Position numbers and translations under genes: made by a program
Assembly: GCF_963853765.1 (NCBI RefSeq)
Contig: NC_088854.1
Coordinates: forward strand, 45,136,001 to 45,200,000
Origin: Magallana gigas
Taxonomy: Eukaryota
Direction of reading: 5' to 3'
Length of the DNA: 64,000 nucleotides
Shown: piece after piece, positions 13,025-23,678 of the stretch
How positions within the stretch are numbered: position 1 is the stretch's first letter
Layout of the letters: each line of letters starts with the position of its first letter
Notes under the pieces: generated by a model
Databases searched by the model: none
Told to the model about the DNA's origin: nothing
What the model saw: the letters and a program-made list of their open reading frames with translations, nothing else

Positions 13025-16000
13025 ATGAAGATCTATACAGTATGTAACTTGAATTTCCTCTGTTGCTAAGCTAGAGTTCTGTTGGTATTGTTAAGAGTCC
13101 CATTGACCATTGACAACTATTCTCTAATTGTTATCAATTTTCATTCATTTGGTTAATATATCAAATGTAAAAGAAGCATAACCTAATAAAGTAGATATAG
13201 AGATCGGACTGATCCTTGGATCTGCTCACCTAAGATCGTTTCTAAGCATATTTAATGTTCTAAATTTAATTGGCCTAGAGTGACCATATATATTTGATTT
13301 AAAAACTGGGAATAATAAGTTATCACAAAACTAATATTTTAAAAAAGGACGGAGATAGCAGTGAATATTTTTTCACTAAAACCCATGTACAAAATATATA
13401 CCGGTATTTAATATTCAAGTTATTTAAAAGCCTTTTTAAAATGTGAATTGGACATTACATGTATTATTTGCTCAGGCAAGTTATGTGATGCACGAGCATC
13501 CTTGTTTACCATATTCCATATTTCTAAATAATTGTTTTCCCCACAGGATCTTGCAGCTAAAATTGACCAAGCCTCTGAGGCAGGAGAGCAGTTTGCCAAA
13601 CTATATTATGAGACATATGACAAAAAGAGACATGTAAGTTAATCAAAAGTTACCAAAATATTACTCAATGTAAGTTTACACGAACATATGGTATTTGGTA
13701 AGATAATTGCAGGTCAGTTGTTTGGTTCTCTATGTTTTACATTTAAGAGTTAGGAAAAGGAAAATTATAAAGGTAGAATATATGTAAATATATGTACATG
13801 TGTATATATTTTTAAATGTCACTAACATGCTATTGTAAGTTAATTGCTACCTATGTCATACTGATCTGAAATAAAATTTTAAGTTTAATAACTTGAAATT
13901 TGATAAATCTTGTAGACACATCTTTGCTAGCCAAGGGTTTTTGGTCCACTTCATTCCCTACATTAAACTATCACTTCGCTTATGGGGGGCAAAGTGGACC
14001 GAAAACCCTTGGCTAGCAAAGATGGTAGACAAAGTTCACTACATTTTACATTGTGCACAATGTTAAGTAAATTATCTCCTTGACAAGAGTAAGTGCGGTA
14101 TATGTGTGATCTAAAATGAAATCTCTTGAAAATCTGCCAAACACCACTCCACAAATTCTGTTCTTCAGTTTGAATGTTGTAGAGAATGGTTGTGTTATAT
14201 AGAATGTAGTTGATTAATACTGTGAACTTTTGTTTTACTTTTATTGTAATATATTTAATAATTTTTTTTAATAAATTCGTACCAGTACTTCCAAATAATG
14301 TGCTTGTATTTTCTGCTTTGAGATATTTACAAAATATCTTTGATTTTGGCAGGAAAAATTGGCCAAAAGCTAAATCCTGTCACCAAAACATCTTTAATCA
14401 TTCAAGAGCATGATCGCAATGGTGGTAGAATCTCCGGATATCATTCAGAAATTTTACATGGCAGCAGTTAATCGCGATCTGTCAAAATTAGAAGAATGTG
14501 TACTTGTTGATGGTGTGGATGTTAATTATATATTCACTGAACCCTACATTTCCTCACATCACTCTGGGGGTACAGCGTTACATATTGTTGCAGAAAAGGG
14601 ACATACTGCCGTTATAGAGGATATGCTAATGTTGGGAGCCAATCTCTGTTTTGAAAATAAATCTGGTGATTCTGCCATGCACATTGCCTGTAAACATGGA
14701 AATAGTCAAGCTGTTCTTAGCTTTTTGAAAAGTAATCACATGTCCAAAAATCTTCAAAACAACCATGGTATAACTCCCTTGATGCGTGCAATTTTTCGCT
14801 ATGAGACAGCGTTCAAGGGGAAATATATTGAGATAATCAAGTCTCTGATAGAGTTTGGTTGTGATGTAAATCTTGCTCCAGAGCATTCTAAAACAACACC
14901 CCTCCACATGGCAGCAGAGAAATGGGATCCTGTTGTGTCTGAACTACTTATAAAGGCAGGCGCCCATGTAAATGCTAAAGATCTTAAAGGTTCTACTCCC
15001 CTGTTCACTGCTGTATCACGACCAAGAATTAGCTCAGAAGTTGTTAAAGTTCTTGTCAAGGCTGGTGCTCTTGTATGTGATGTCAATTCAAATGGAAGAA
15101 GTCCTTTGCATATAACAGTGTCAAAAAATGATGATCTTAGTGTTTTTCATTTACTAGAAGGCGGAGCAAATCCTAACGTTTCTGACAATGGGGGTTTAAC
15201 TCCCCTTGTTATTGCAGTGCATGAAAACAATACAAAGATTGTTTCTCATTTACTCACATATGGAGCAGATGTGAATTATATGCCCAGAGAGCAGAACAGT
15301 CTGGGAAAAGGTTTACAGGAAGAAAAATTAAGTATCTTGGGTATTGCTGTGTCAAATGAAAATTTGAAAATTTGTCAACTGCTTCTTCAAGAAGACGGTG
15401 ATATTTTGAAGAACAGCTTAAGAGGAAGGAATTTACTGTCTATGGCTGCTAGAAAAGAGAATATGAAGTTGGTTAAACTTTTTCTGCAACTGAATTACCC
15501 ATCAGAGTCTCTTCCAGAGATGTTTCCAAGCAGTCACCTGAGTTCCAAAGCTGCTGATATTTTCCTGTTGCTTCTAAAGTGGGCGACTTATCCGGATGTT
15601 TACGAGTTTGAGGATTGCTTATTAAAGTTGGATGACCTTGACAATGACTCAGTGTTTCATAAGAGAAAAGCACAACAACTGTTTTATAGTGCAAAGTCAC
15701 TGCGGGATATATGTTGCATCCATATAAGGAAGCTATTAGGGTTAAACATTCACAAAAAGCTACAGATGTTGATGGATGAGGGGCATATAGCTAGAGCACA
15801 TGCTGACTTACTATTGCTAACACAGGAGCTTTATTAAATATTTAACTGCATTGGATAGGGTATTTCATTTATCACTGCATCTATAACAATCCAATCAATC
15901 AATGTAAAGTGGTTTTTAAGTATATTCAGTGCCTATTTTATCAATAAAGACATGTCATTGCCTTTGTCTGCTAGTCTTCATACTGGTGTTAATATGGCTA

Positions 16001-18107
16001 GACAACCTGATGATTTTAATTATCTGTGATCTCTTAAATTCCTTTACATATTTTTATTACAATTATGTGATTTGTATACGGTATATTTTTAAAAAATGTG
16101 ATAACTTTTTATTTATGATACATGTATTTGTGAATTTGATATTGTTATGACCAATACTGGTGATTCTTTTTTCCGGCTTATAGACATAAATAATTGAGAG
16201 AATGATGAAGATGAAAACAATGTACCTGGTACATGTACGGTACTTATTAAAACTGTTGCAATAAATGTCTTGCTTCTTGCTTTTATTTGACATTTTTAAA
16301 AACACTAAGGATTTTAAAATTCCCCAAATTAAAATTTTTCCATATATGATGCCATTTTGTGTGACTTAATGCATGTTCAGCAGAGCGAGACTCGCGATTG
16401 CTCGCCAAAATTTGTGTTGCGTATATAGGGAATTTTGGCGAGCTCGTTGCACTCGCCTCTGCACTACAAAATTAAATTATAAAGAATAAACATTACATTA
16501 ACATACCTGTAAATAAACTACGGTATTAGGCTGGAAAAAATGTGGACAGGGAATTCAATTACCTGATATATTAATTTTTGTACTTTAAATACAATTATAG
16601 TGGTGTTAATTTAAGAAGCATTTTATTCAATTTATATATATATAAATACATTGAAAAGGAGAAAATATGCCTACATATTTCTCTCCTAACTTTACGCCAA
16701 TTTTAAAATTTGAGATGATTCAAACATTTATGGTTTAAATTATTGATTTGCATATTAAAAAGATGGAGTATCCATTTACCGTATACATGTATTTGGGATT
16801 TGTATCATTACCGGGTACTTTCAGGGCATGGTAGGTATATTTCACCAATCCAATTAATACAGATGTTCTGTTATTTGTGTTAAGAAACAAGTACAGTAAA
16901 ACACGGTTATAGCGAACACGCTTATAATGAATTGACGCTTACAGCGAAGTGAATTTCATTCCCCAAGTCTCTATTTCATGTTGTAAACTTTACGGATATA
17001 ACGAATTACGCTTATAATGAAGTTAAATTGGCCGTCCCTGGGACTTCGTTATAAGCGTGTTTTACTGTACTGACAACACTGTACAAGTTTTTCCCCTTAG
17101 AATGTTGAAATAAACTAGACTACAGCTTGCTTATGACATTTTAATTATGTACACAACTGCACAGAACAAAATTAATGAGATATGTAGTCACAATTTTCAT
17201 GAGAGTCGGACTAAACTTCACATATTTATATTTAGATATTTAATCATATGATGGCTTAAAGTTATATAAATATAAGTAATAAGGAATCATTCTTTGAATA
17301 TTATAAGGTCGGTCGGGGCGAGATCAAATCTATCATAAAGCCCATAGGGCTTTATTGGATTTCATCATGCCCCAAGTCTGACTGAACTTCACGACTGTTT
17401 TTATCTTTGGTTTCAGATGCTTAACAAGCTATACCTGGATACAGCAACAATGGTGTGGAATGGAAACGGACTGTCGGGATTAGAGAATATCCAGAAATAC
17501 CTGGAGGGACTACCTGTCACAGAACACAGGATGGAATCCTTGGACTGTCAACCTATCTCAGGTATGCAGAAAAACTGAAAAATACATTATCATGGGGCAG
17601 TTGGTTAAATCTGCTCTAGTATCTGAAAATTTTGGTGCAGATTCAGCATTTACTGTAAACGTATATACATGTATATGAATAGTCACATTCAAGAATACGC
17701 TAATTCAAATCCCCGCCAACTTGTTCAAAAACTAATTTTCGCCAAATACCGTACACACCAAATATAATACGTTTACAGTATATGTAGGTTCGGTGCATAG
17801 GTTATTGGGGACCACCAATTTCTTGGAAATTTAGAAGTGGGAGTACAAGTTAATAAACTTAAAAATGTCATTGACACAGTGCAGCATAGCTTTAAATACA
17901 TTGGCATTTGACATTTTACTTGTCATGCAATTATTTTTTTAATTTTCAGACAAAGTATCAGGAGGCCAGTTCTCAATCATCGTGAAAACTTACGGAACTG
18001 TGAAATATCAGAACAGGAAATCAAAGACCTTCCACCAGAACTTCATGCTGACATCGCAGAACAATGTATGGAAGGTGGTCAGTGATAGCTTCAGGTTTCA
18101 GGACTGA
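13025..18107 (+). CDS. NXT1: NTF2-related export protein (NXT1/NXT2, p15)
   Basis: Exons 13025-13039 (MKIYT, least certain), 13547-13633, 17417-17561, 17950-18107. They give DQASEAGEQFAKLYYETYDKKRH-MLNKLYLDTATMVWNGNGLSG...FHQNFMLTSQNNVWKVVSDSFRFQD*, collinear with human NXT1 (DQACRAAEEF...YMGTATLVWNGNAVSG...WKIASDCFRFQD). Confidence 0.92.
13919..14024. mobile_element. 106-bp MITE with CAT termini and 7-bp TSD (P-superfamily-like)
   Basis: 33-bp near-perfect TIRs CATCTTTGCTAGCCAAGGGTTTTTGGTCCACTT / AAGTGGACCGAAAACCCTTGGCTAGCAAAGATG. GTAGACA is duplicated at 13912-13918 and 14025-14031. Confidence 0.85.
14410..15837 (+). CDS. Intronless ankyrin-repeat and SOCS-box protein (ASB-like), nested in an NXT intron
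   Basis: 475-aa ORF with about 8-9 ankyrin repeats (GGTALHIVAEKGH, GITPLMRA, KTTPLHMAAE, GRSPLH, GLTPLVIAVHEN). C-terminal SLRDICCIHIRKLLG...L resembles the SOCS box (SLQ.LCR..IR..LG). Confidence 0.88.
   Translation: MIAMVVESPDIIQKFYMAAVNRDLSKLEECVLVDGVDVNYIFTEPYISSHHSGGTALHIVAEKGHTAVIEDMLMLGANLCFENKSGDSAMHIACKHGNSQAVLSFLKSNHMSKNLQNNHGITPLMRAIFRYETAFKGKYIEIIKSLIEFGCDVNLAPEHSKTTPLHMAAEKWDPVVSELLIKAGAHVNAKDLKGSTPLFTAVSRPRISSEVVKVLVKAGALVCDVNSNGRSPLHITVSKNDDLSVFHLLEGGANPNVSDNGGLTPLVIAVHENNTKIVSHLLTYGADVNYMPREQNSLGKGLQEEKLSILGIAVSNENLKICQLLLQEDGDILKNSLRGRNLLSMAARKENMKLVKLFLQLNYPSESLPEMFPSSHLSSKAADIFLLLLKWATYPDVYEFEDCLLKLDDLDNDSVFHKRKAQQLFYSAKSLRDICCIHIRKLLGLNIHKKLQMLMDEGHIARAHADLLLLTQELY
16381..16461. 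repeat. 81-bp imperfect hairpin (possible minimal MITE)
   Basis: Outer arms CAGAGCGAG / CTCGCCTCTG; inner arms GCTCGCCAAAATT / AATTTTGGCGAGC. No TSD found. Confidence 0.6.
16894..17067. mobile_element. 174-bp Tc1/mariner (pogo-like) MITE, copy 2
   Basis: Same length and orientation as 9054-9227; 7 substitutions counted by eye; TA flanks. Confidence 0.85.
17308..17382. repeat. Imperfect palindrome centred on AAAGCCC-ATA-GGGCTTT (foldback-repeat remnant)
   Basis: Arms GGGGCGAGATCAAATCTATCATAAAGCCC / GGGCTTTATTGGATTTCATCATGCCCC. Confidence 0.5.
17651..17780. mobile_element. Internally deleted TA-flanked MITE related to 8271-8489
   Basis: Same TACTGTAAACGTAT / ATACGTTTACAGTA ends. Confidence 0.65.
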
Positions 18108-18800
18108 CAGTGATCACAGAATACTGACTGGTATTACAGGCAGATTGACACTGCGGTCTCATGTATAGGAATCGGTCATTTGGGGATTTTAAAAGTGGAA
18201 GAGTCCTTCTGTATTGTCAGCTAGCTTTTAGAATTTCCCAATGGAATATGGAGCTTGTTGTAGGCGATGAAAAGTCAGAAGATTTCATTGAAGAGTGTAC
18301 AGAAATTAATTGTATGAGGAGATTCGGATGGAGCCCTGTCTATTGTAGAAATGTAAATACATGGATATTGTTTTATAGTGAATTTTATTGAAATAAAGTT
18401 ATTTTACAAAACATTCATTCTTAAAGTTGAAATTTAAAGTTGATTAAAAAGTAGATGTTTATTTAATGGAAACATTTTGTGCTTTACTTGTATGTAACCT
18501 CAAAGTAAATTCAAACTCTGTATACTAGTACATGTACTAGTATGTGTAATAAAGTATAAAAATTCAAAGTATAAAAAGATGTAAACCAGAAATTTATCGA
18601 AGACAAATCATAAAACTATGATTATCAGATTTTTTGTTTCACATTTGTTATCAGAGTTTTCAGCCAATAAACTCTAGTTATCTGTCATTTATGTTCAAAA
18701 CTATATTAACATACGTAAACTATAGCTAGTTATTGTAAACAATACATGTAGTTTTAAGATTAACTTTTTGATATTTTTTGTTGTTGATATTTTGATATAT

Positions 18801-19190
18801 TTATAACATCCCCCCCCCCCCCCCCCCGCAAACGAAGTTTGGGGGGTATATAGGAATCACCTTGTCTGTCCATCTGTCTGTCTGTGCAATTTAATTTGTG
18901 TCGGGTCCACATCTTTCTTATGTAGAAACATTGGAAGTTCTTGCTTCACACAAAGATTGCTTATGACCTAAGGGTGTGTCATGACCTTGAACTAAGGTCA
19001 TTCGGGCAAGGTCAAGGTCACTGGCAGGAAAAGTGCAACATTTGTGTCCGGTCCATATCTTTCTTGTGGAGAAACATTGGAAGTTCTTACTTCACACAAA
19101 GATTGCTTATGACCTATGGGTGTGTCATGACCTTGACCCAATTGAGGAAGTTCAAGGTCATTGTTTAAAAAATGCTTAACCTCTATCTGT
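18801..19190 (+). mobile_element. Helentron/HINE element with two ~146-bp tandem repeats
   Basis: Head CCCCCGCAAACGAAGTTTGGGGGGTATATAGGAATCACC plus a GTCT/GTCC microsatellite. ATTTGTGTC(C/G)GGTCCA...GGAAGTTCTT...CACACAAAGATTGCTTATGACCTA...GGTGTGTCATGACCTTGA is repeated near 18894 and 19040. Confidence 0.8.
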
Positions 19191-20067
19191 GCCATGTTTT
19201 GTATAAATGGAAATAATTAGAAGCTAAAATTGACACAAAGCTTGCTTGTCTCAGGCCACATAAAATTATTGTTTAGATTCTCATCCCCGTCTCTCTGAAA
19301 ATGGTCTGCTCCGATGTATTTTGTATTTTTTTTTTCCAAAAAAAAAAAAATGTGGAAAAAAAAAATTTCGTAAAAAAATCGGGCTCAGTATTCCAATCAT
19401 TCAAAATGTTTTTAAATATTAAATGGCTGCTTGACGTGGATTTTCGTTTGATTCGAGTCATGTTTGTTGACAAAAGGATGCAAATGTCCCCGTGCATTAA
19501 CAGTTTACTTGAAATAAAGTGGAGTTTAAAGAATAGAAATTGGTTTGTGTACTATTATTAGCATTAACAGTTTAAAAAAAATATAGATTACTTTAAACTT
19601 CTGCACCCCCTCCTGTGACCTCTCATTCTAACTAAAAACTGCTATCTGCGATATACACATGCATATTCTAGCTAGGTCGCCTCTACGTATGCTATGGACT
19701 ATGTTAATTTCAAGATATTCATTTTTTTATTTGGTATTCAACACCAAAATCCACGATTGTTTATCCCTCTCTTAATTACTCAAGAGGACAACGTACGGTT
19801 CTTGTAAAGGATATTTTTTAGACACCCACCCAATTTCCAACTATACTTTTCAATTTCCTTATTTTCAATTCCATTTTTTACACCGTCCCATAAAAGTGGG
19901 GATGGGGGGGGGGGGGGGAGACAACTCCATGTTAATTCAATTTTTTGTATAAGAAAAATTTTGCTGCGCATAAAATTGGGGCTGCACCCCCCCCCCCCCC
20001 CCGATGCTACGTGCCTGGCTCTGGAGAAGAGGTAGAAAATCATATATTTTTATAAAACAAAGTTTAT

Positions 20068-20139
20068 GGACGGAGAGACAGACAGACGGACGGGCAGGAG
20101 GAGGCTGGGCCAATAGTGACCAGAGCTCGATGAGCTAAA
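20068..20139 (+). mobile_element. Isolated 3' end of a Helentron/HINE element
   Basis: GGACGGAGAGACAGACAGACGGACGG microsatellite followed by CAATAGTGACCAGAGCTCGATGAGCTAAA. Confidence 0.5.
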
Positions 20140-20379
20140 TACTAGTTATGACAACTTGCATGTGTTCATTATTCTTGTAAAACTGTTTGTACACGACATT
20201 AAAAAAATTATTGACATATTAGGCTACACTTAAATAGTTACTCGCAATATGGAGGCAACATCTCATAGATTGTCACTTGCCGGAATTACATCGTAGATTT
20301 ATACAGATTTTTTTTTACTCTGCTCGTTAAATATCCGGTGTATTTTGGTCTGGACAAACGCTACGTGTTGACGTTTAAG

Positions 20380-21195
20380 ATGGAATTCAACGGTTTTATA
20401 GATTGTCATAATCATCTCGCAGATCCAATGTTTACTGATGACATTCACAATGTAGTGGATAATGCTAGAGAAGCTGGCGTTGTGGCCGCTTTGGTTTGTG
20501 CCGAAACTCCGTCAGATATACCAAAGGTTCTACGCTTATGTGAAACGTTTCCCGACATACTGTTGCCTTGTTTGGGCATTCATCCAGTACAGAAAAACGC
20601 AGATGACATTGAGAGATGCGTCACTCTACATGATTTTGAGATGGCAGTTTCAGAGATAGAGAAACATGCTCACAAAATATGTGCTATAGGAGAGGTGGGC
20701 TTGGATTTTCAGCCTCGAATTACACCTGGTGCTGAACACAAAGAAGCCCAAAGGGCCGTGCTAAAGGCCCAAGTAGAACTGGCTGCGAAATATGATTTAC
20801 CATTAAATGTGCATTCAAGATCTGCAGGTAGACCGACAATAGCGGCTTTGAAAGAATTTGGTGCCAAAAACGTTTTACTGCATGCTTTCGATGGGCGACC
20901 TAGCATAGCAATGGAGGGTGTAAAAGAAGGATATTTCTTTTCTATTCCACCTTCAATTGTACGTAGTGAACAGAAGGGGAAACTAATCAAACAGCTGCCG
21001 ATGGAACATATTCTCCTGGAAACTGACAGTCCTGCGTTAAGTCCAGTGAAAGGTGAACGGAATGTGCCTTCAAATGTACAAATATCTTGTGACTACATAG
21101 CGAAAGAGAAAGGGCTGACAGTGCAAGAAGTAAAAAGAATCACAACAGAGAATGCTTTGAAATTATTTCCAAAGCTAAAAGAATTACTAAAATAA
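20380..21195 (+). CDS. TATDN3: Intronless TatD-family nuclease, TATDN3-like, copy A (271 aa)
   Basis: DCHNH, PCLGIHPVQ, AIGEVGLDF, NVHSRSAGRPTI, LLHAFDGRPS, GYFFSIPPSIVRS and LETDSP match human TATDN3. The ORF-track start at 20338 is a GTG; the first ATG is at 20380. Confidence 0.93.
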   Translation: MEFNGFIDCHNHLADPMFTDDIHNVVDNAREAGVVAALVCAETPSDIPKVLRLCETFPDILLPCLGIHPVQKNADDIERCVTLHDFEMAVSEIEKHAHKICAIGEVGLDFQPRITPGAEHKEAQRAVLKAQVELAAKYDLPLNVHSRSAGRPTIAALKEFGAKNVLLHAFDGRPSIAMEGVKEGYFFSIPPSIVRSEQKGKLIKQLPMEHILLETDSPALSPVKGERNVPSNVQISCDYIAKEKGLTVQEVKRITTENALKLFPKLKELLK

Positions 21196-21241
21196 AATTT
21201 TGACAAAATGGGTCGTGCAAATTTTAATGGGTCAGTGTTAA

Positions 21242-21763
21242 AGGGACTTGGACACGATTTGAGATAAAAAAAAATTATTTTTTATTTTTTATGTATAAAA
21301 TGGTTCACTTGCGCATTTTAAATGATTGACCAAAATATTGAATGTTATAGTCAAGTTACAAGTGAGATACAGAGGTGAGAAATCATTGTAATGTAAACAA
21401 AGCTTGAGTCTTATGGTTGTTTACAAAAAATATAATGAAGAGAATTACCATTTCGTAGAGAAAATGACTTGTAAAGAACAATTTAAACTAATTCAATATC
21501 TTCATAAATACTATTTATATCAACAAAAGAAAGTTATATTTTATTGAAACTTACACCAATACAACTCATATGTAAACAATGACAATAATCAAACTTTTAC
21601 AAAACAAAGAATTATGAAATCTGTATCTTGCTTATAACTTGATATTTGACTTTCAAATTGTAACATAGCATTATTAACTTCTATGTTTATCATTATACAC
21701 ATTGAAATTGGAAAAATAATGCATGTATTTGAAAATTTTAAGCCAAATCGTGTCTAAGTCCCT
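21242..21763. mobile_element. Kolobok-type MITE (522 bp)
   Basis: TTAA at 21238-21241 and 21764-21767. TIRs AGGGACTTGGACACGATTT / AAATCGTGTCTAAGTCCCT. TTAA TSD with purine-purine termini fits Kolobok rather than piggyBac (CCC). Confidence 0.8.
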
Positions 21764-22645
21764 TTAATTGATAAATGAGTTTGAACTGTACATGTACCTT
21801 TACGTAATATTAAAACCCGTCTATATAAACGAATGAAAACTCCAGAATCAAAGGTACACATTTTTTAACTATAGATTTAAAGAAACTATGAAAGGATTAA
21901 ATTATAATGTGTTTGCAAAGGAACAATTTGAAATCAACTTCTGATCGCAGGCACAGGGGGAGGGGGTGCAAACTTTTATTGAAAACCGTATTTAATTTAT
22001 TTAATACAACGCAAAAACAATATTGGGGAAGTGTATACATGTATTTCGTACATGTATTTCAACTCCAATTAATCAAAAGATAGGCACCCCAACCCATTAA
22101 CGGATTAGGTTATAAGTATTTTCCGTAGCTCGACCATTCCCTTTCAAAAAACGGCGCAACTTGCCTGCAGTCCATTCTACAATTCTATTAATTTATGCCC
22201 TTATTACATGTAGATATCGGGCACGCAGCATCGTTTTTGATAGGGGGCAGGCTCATCCAAAAAATCTTGGCAAGCAAAAAAAAAAAGAAAAAAAAAGAGG
22301 CATATCGAAAGTGCTGTGATTCATGTGTGCTTGATTTCTATTCCGATTAAATTGTTAGTATGAATAATTTACGGAATTAACTTATAATAGTTCTATTTTC
22401 TGCAGACTGTGCACGAAACACGAAGCTATATTTCAAATCATTGTATTTTCTTTAGTTTAAAAACAAATCATTACACATGTAGTTTGTTGTTTTTTTTAAA
22501 AATAACATTCATACTGCAGTTTGTTGAAAACACCAACAATGCCCATTAAAAATACCGAATTGTCCATTATAGCACCATGAATAGTTTAATTTATTATATA
22601 TCATCAATTTTACAAGTGTTTTCTTTCCCAAAGTTCGTACCTAAC

Positions 22646-22712
22646 AGCGTAGCGCAGTGGATTAGAGCGTAAACTACGAATCCGTAGATCACGAGTTGAA
22701 ATCTTGCTGTAG
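22646..22712 (+). mobile_element. tRNA-derived SINE-like head (degenerate)
   Basis: A-box-like TAGCGCAGTGG and B-box-like GAGTTGAAATC at tRNA spacing. No convincing acceptor stem, so not called a tRNA. Confidence 0.5.
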
Positions 22713-23029
22713 CTTTTATAATAGTTACCTTACCAAAAAATCTTAAAACATATTTGTTGGTGAAATATTCTAAAATTTAAAAAATCTAAACCGGTAAGAT
22801 TATTTTGATTATTATGTACTTTTATCCACATTAATATCGACAGGTGTCCCATACCACAATAAAGTTATTTTGAATTCAGGATTTTTTGGGAACTGCTATA
22901 GATTTATTTTCAAATTCATTTGTAGTGGATAATCTCATAGTTTAACTCTAAAATTTAACATGACACACCCTTCTCTATATCAGAAACCCTCGCAAGGAAT
23001 TATAAATATTAGAATAAACCCTTGATTGC

Positions 23030-23270
23030 CACGAGACATTTTGTCAAAGAAATGGTCATTCCTCACTGCATTTTATTTGTAAACAAATTAATATAAGACT
23101 CGAGCTTTATTGTATAACAATGAATCTTCAACTCTGTATCTCTCATGAATTGACTTGTAAAATTCAAACTTAAGTTTGATTAATCATTCAAATGCACAAG
23201 TAAACCATTTTATACAACCAAAAAAAAAAAAATGAAAAAAAAATTCAGTGATTTCAAATCGTGTCTAGGT
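23030..23270 (-). mobile_element. Partial inverted copy of the 21242-21763 Kolobok-type MITE
   Basis: Ends in AAATCGTGTCTAGG. Its interior matches the reverse complement of the first ~240 bp of the full copy. Confidence 0.65.
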
Positions 23271-23678
23271 ACAGGAATTTTCAATGCAGACTGAGAGATT
23301 GCAACAATTCTAAATGGGTGTTTTAAAACAGCTGGTAGTATTTTGTACACGGTACAGATATGCTGGAATTCGCCTTATTTTCGAGTCACATCTTTATTTT
23401 ATAAAAACTTCATAGTCATATAAATAAGGATAATGACATTTAATTATGTACAACAACACCTTAAAACTAAACAAATATTGAAGATGTTAGAAACGTTCAT
23501 CAACTTGACTACTATGAAGAATTCGCCGGAGAAAAATCCATTTGGTTTTAACTCTTATGCACAATAATTGAAAATCCGGTAGTGAGTTGGCATAACAACA
23601 TTTCAAGTAAAAAACAAAAATAAGGGAAAAGTATTAACGAGGTGCATACTTTTTAATTTAATTGATTTAAGCTCAAAG

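Noticed and set aside
14626-15700. Antisense ORFs over the ASB gene
   Set aside because: Shadow ORFs of a real coding strand; no independent features.
20462-20990. Alternative-frame and antisense ORFs over TATDN3-A
   Set aside because: Shadow ORFs.
22646-22712. tRNA gene
   Set aside because: A and B boxes are present but the stems do not close into a cloverleaf; treated as a SINE-like head.
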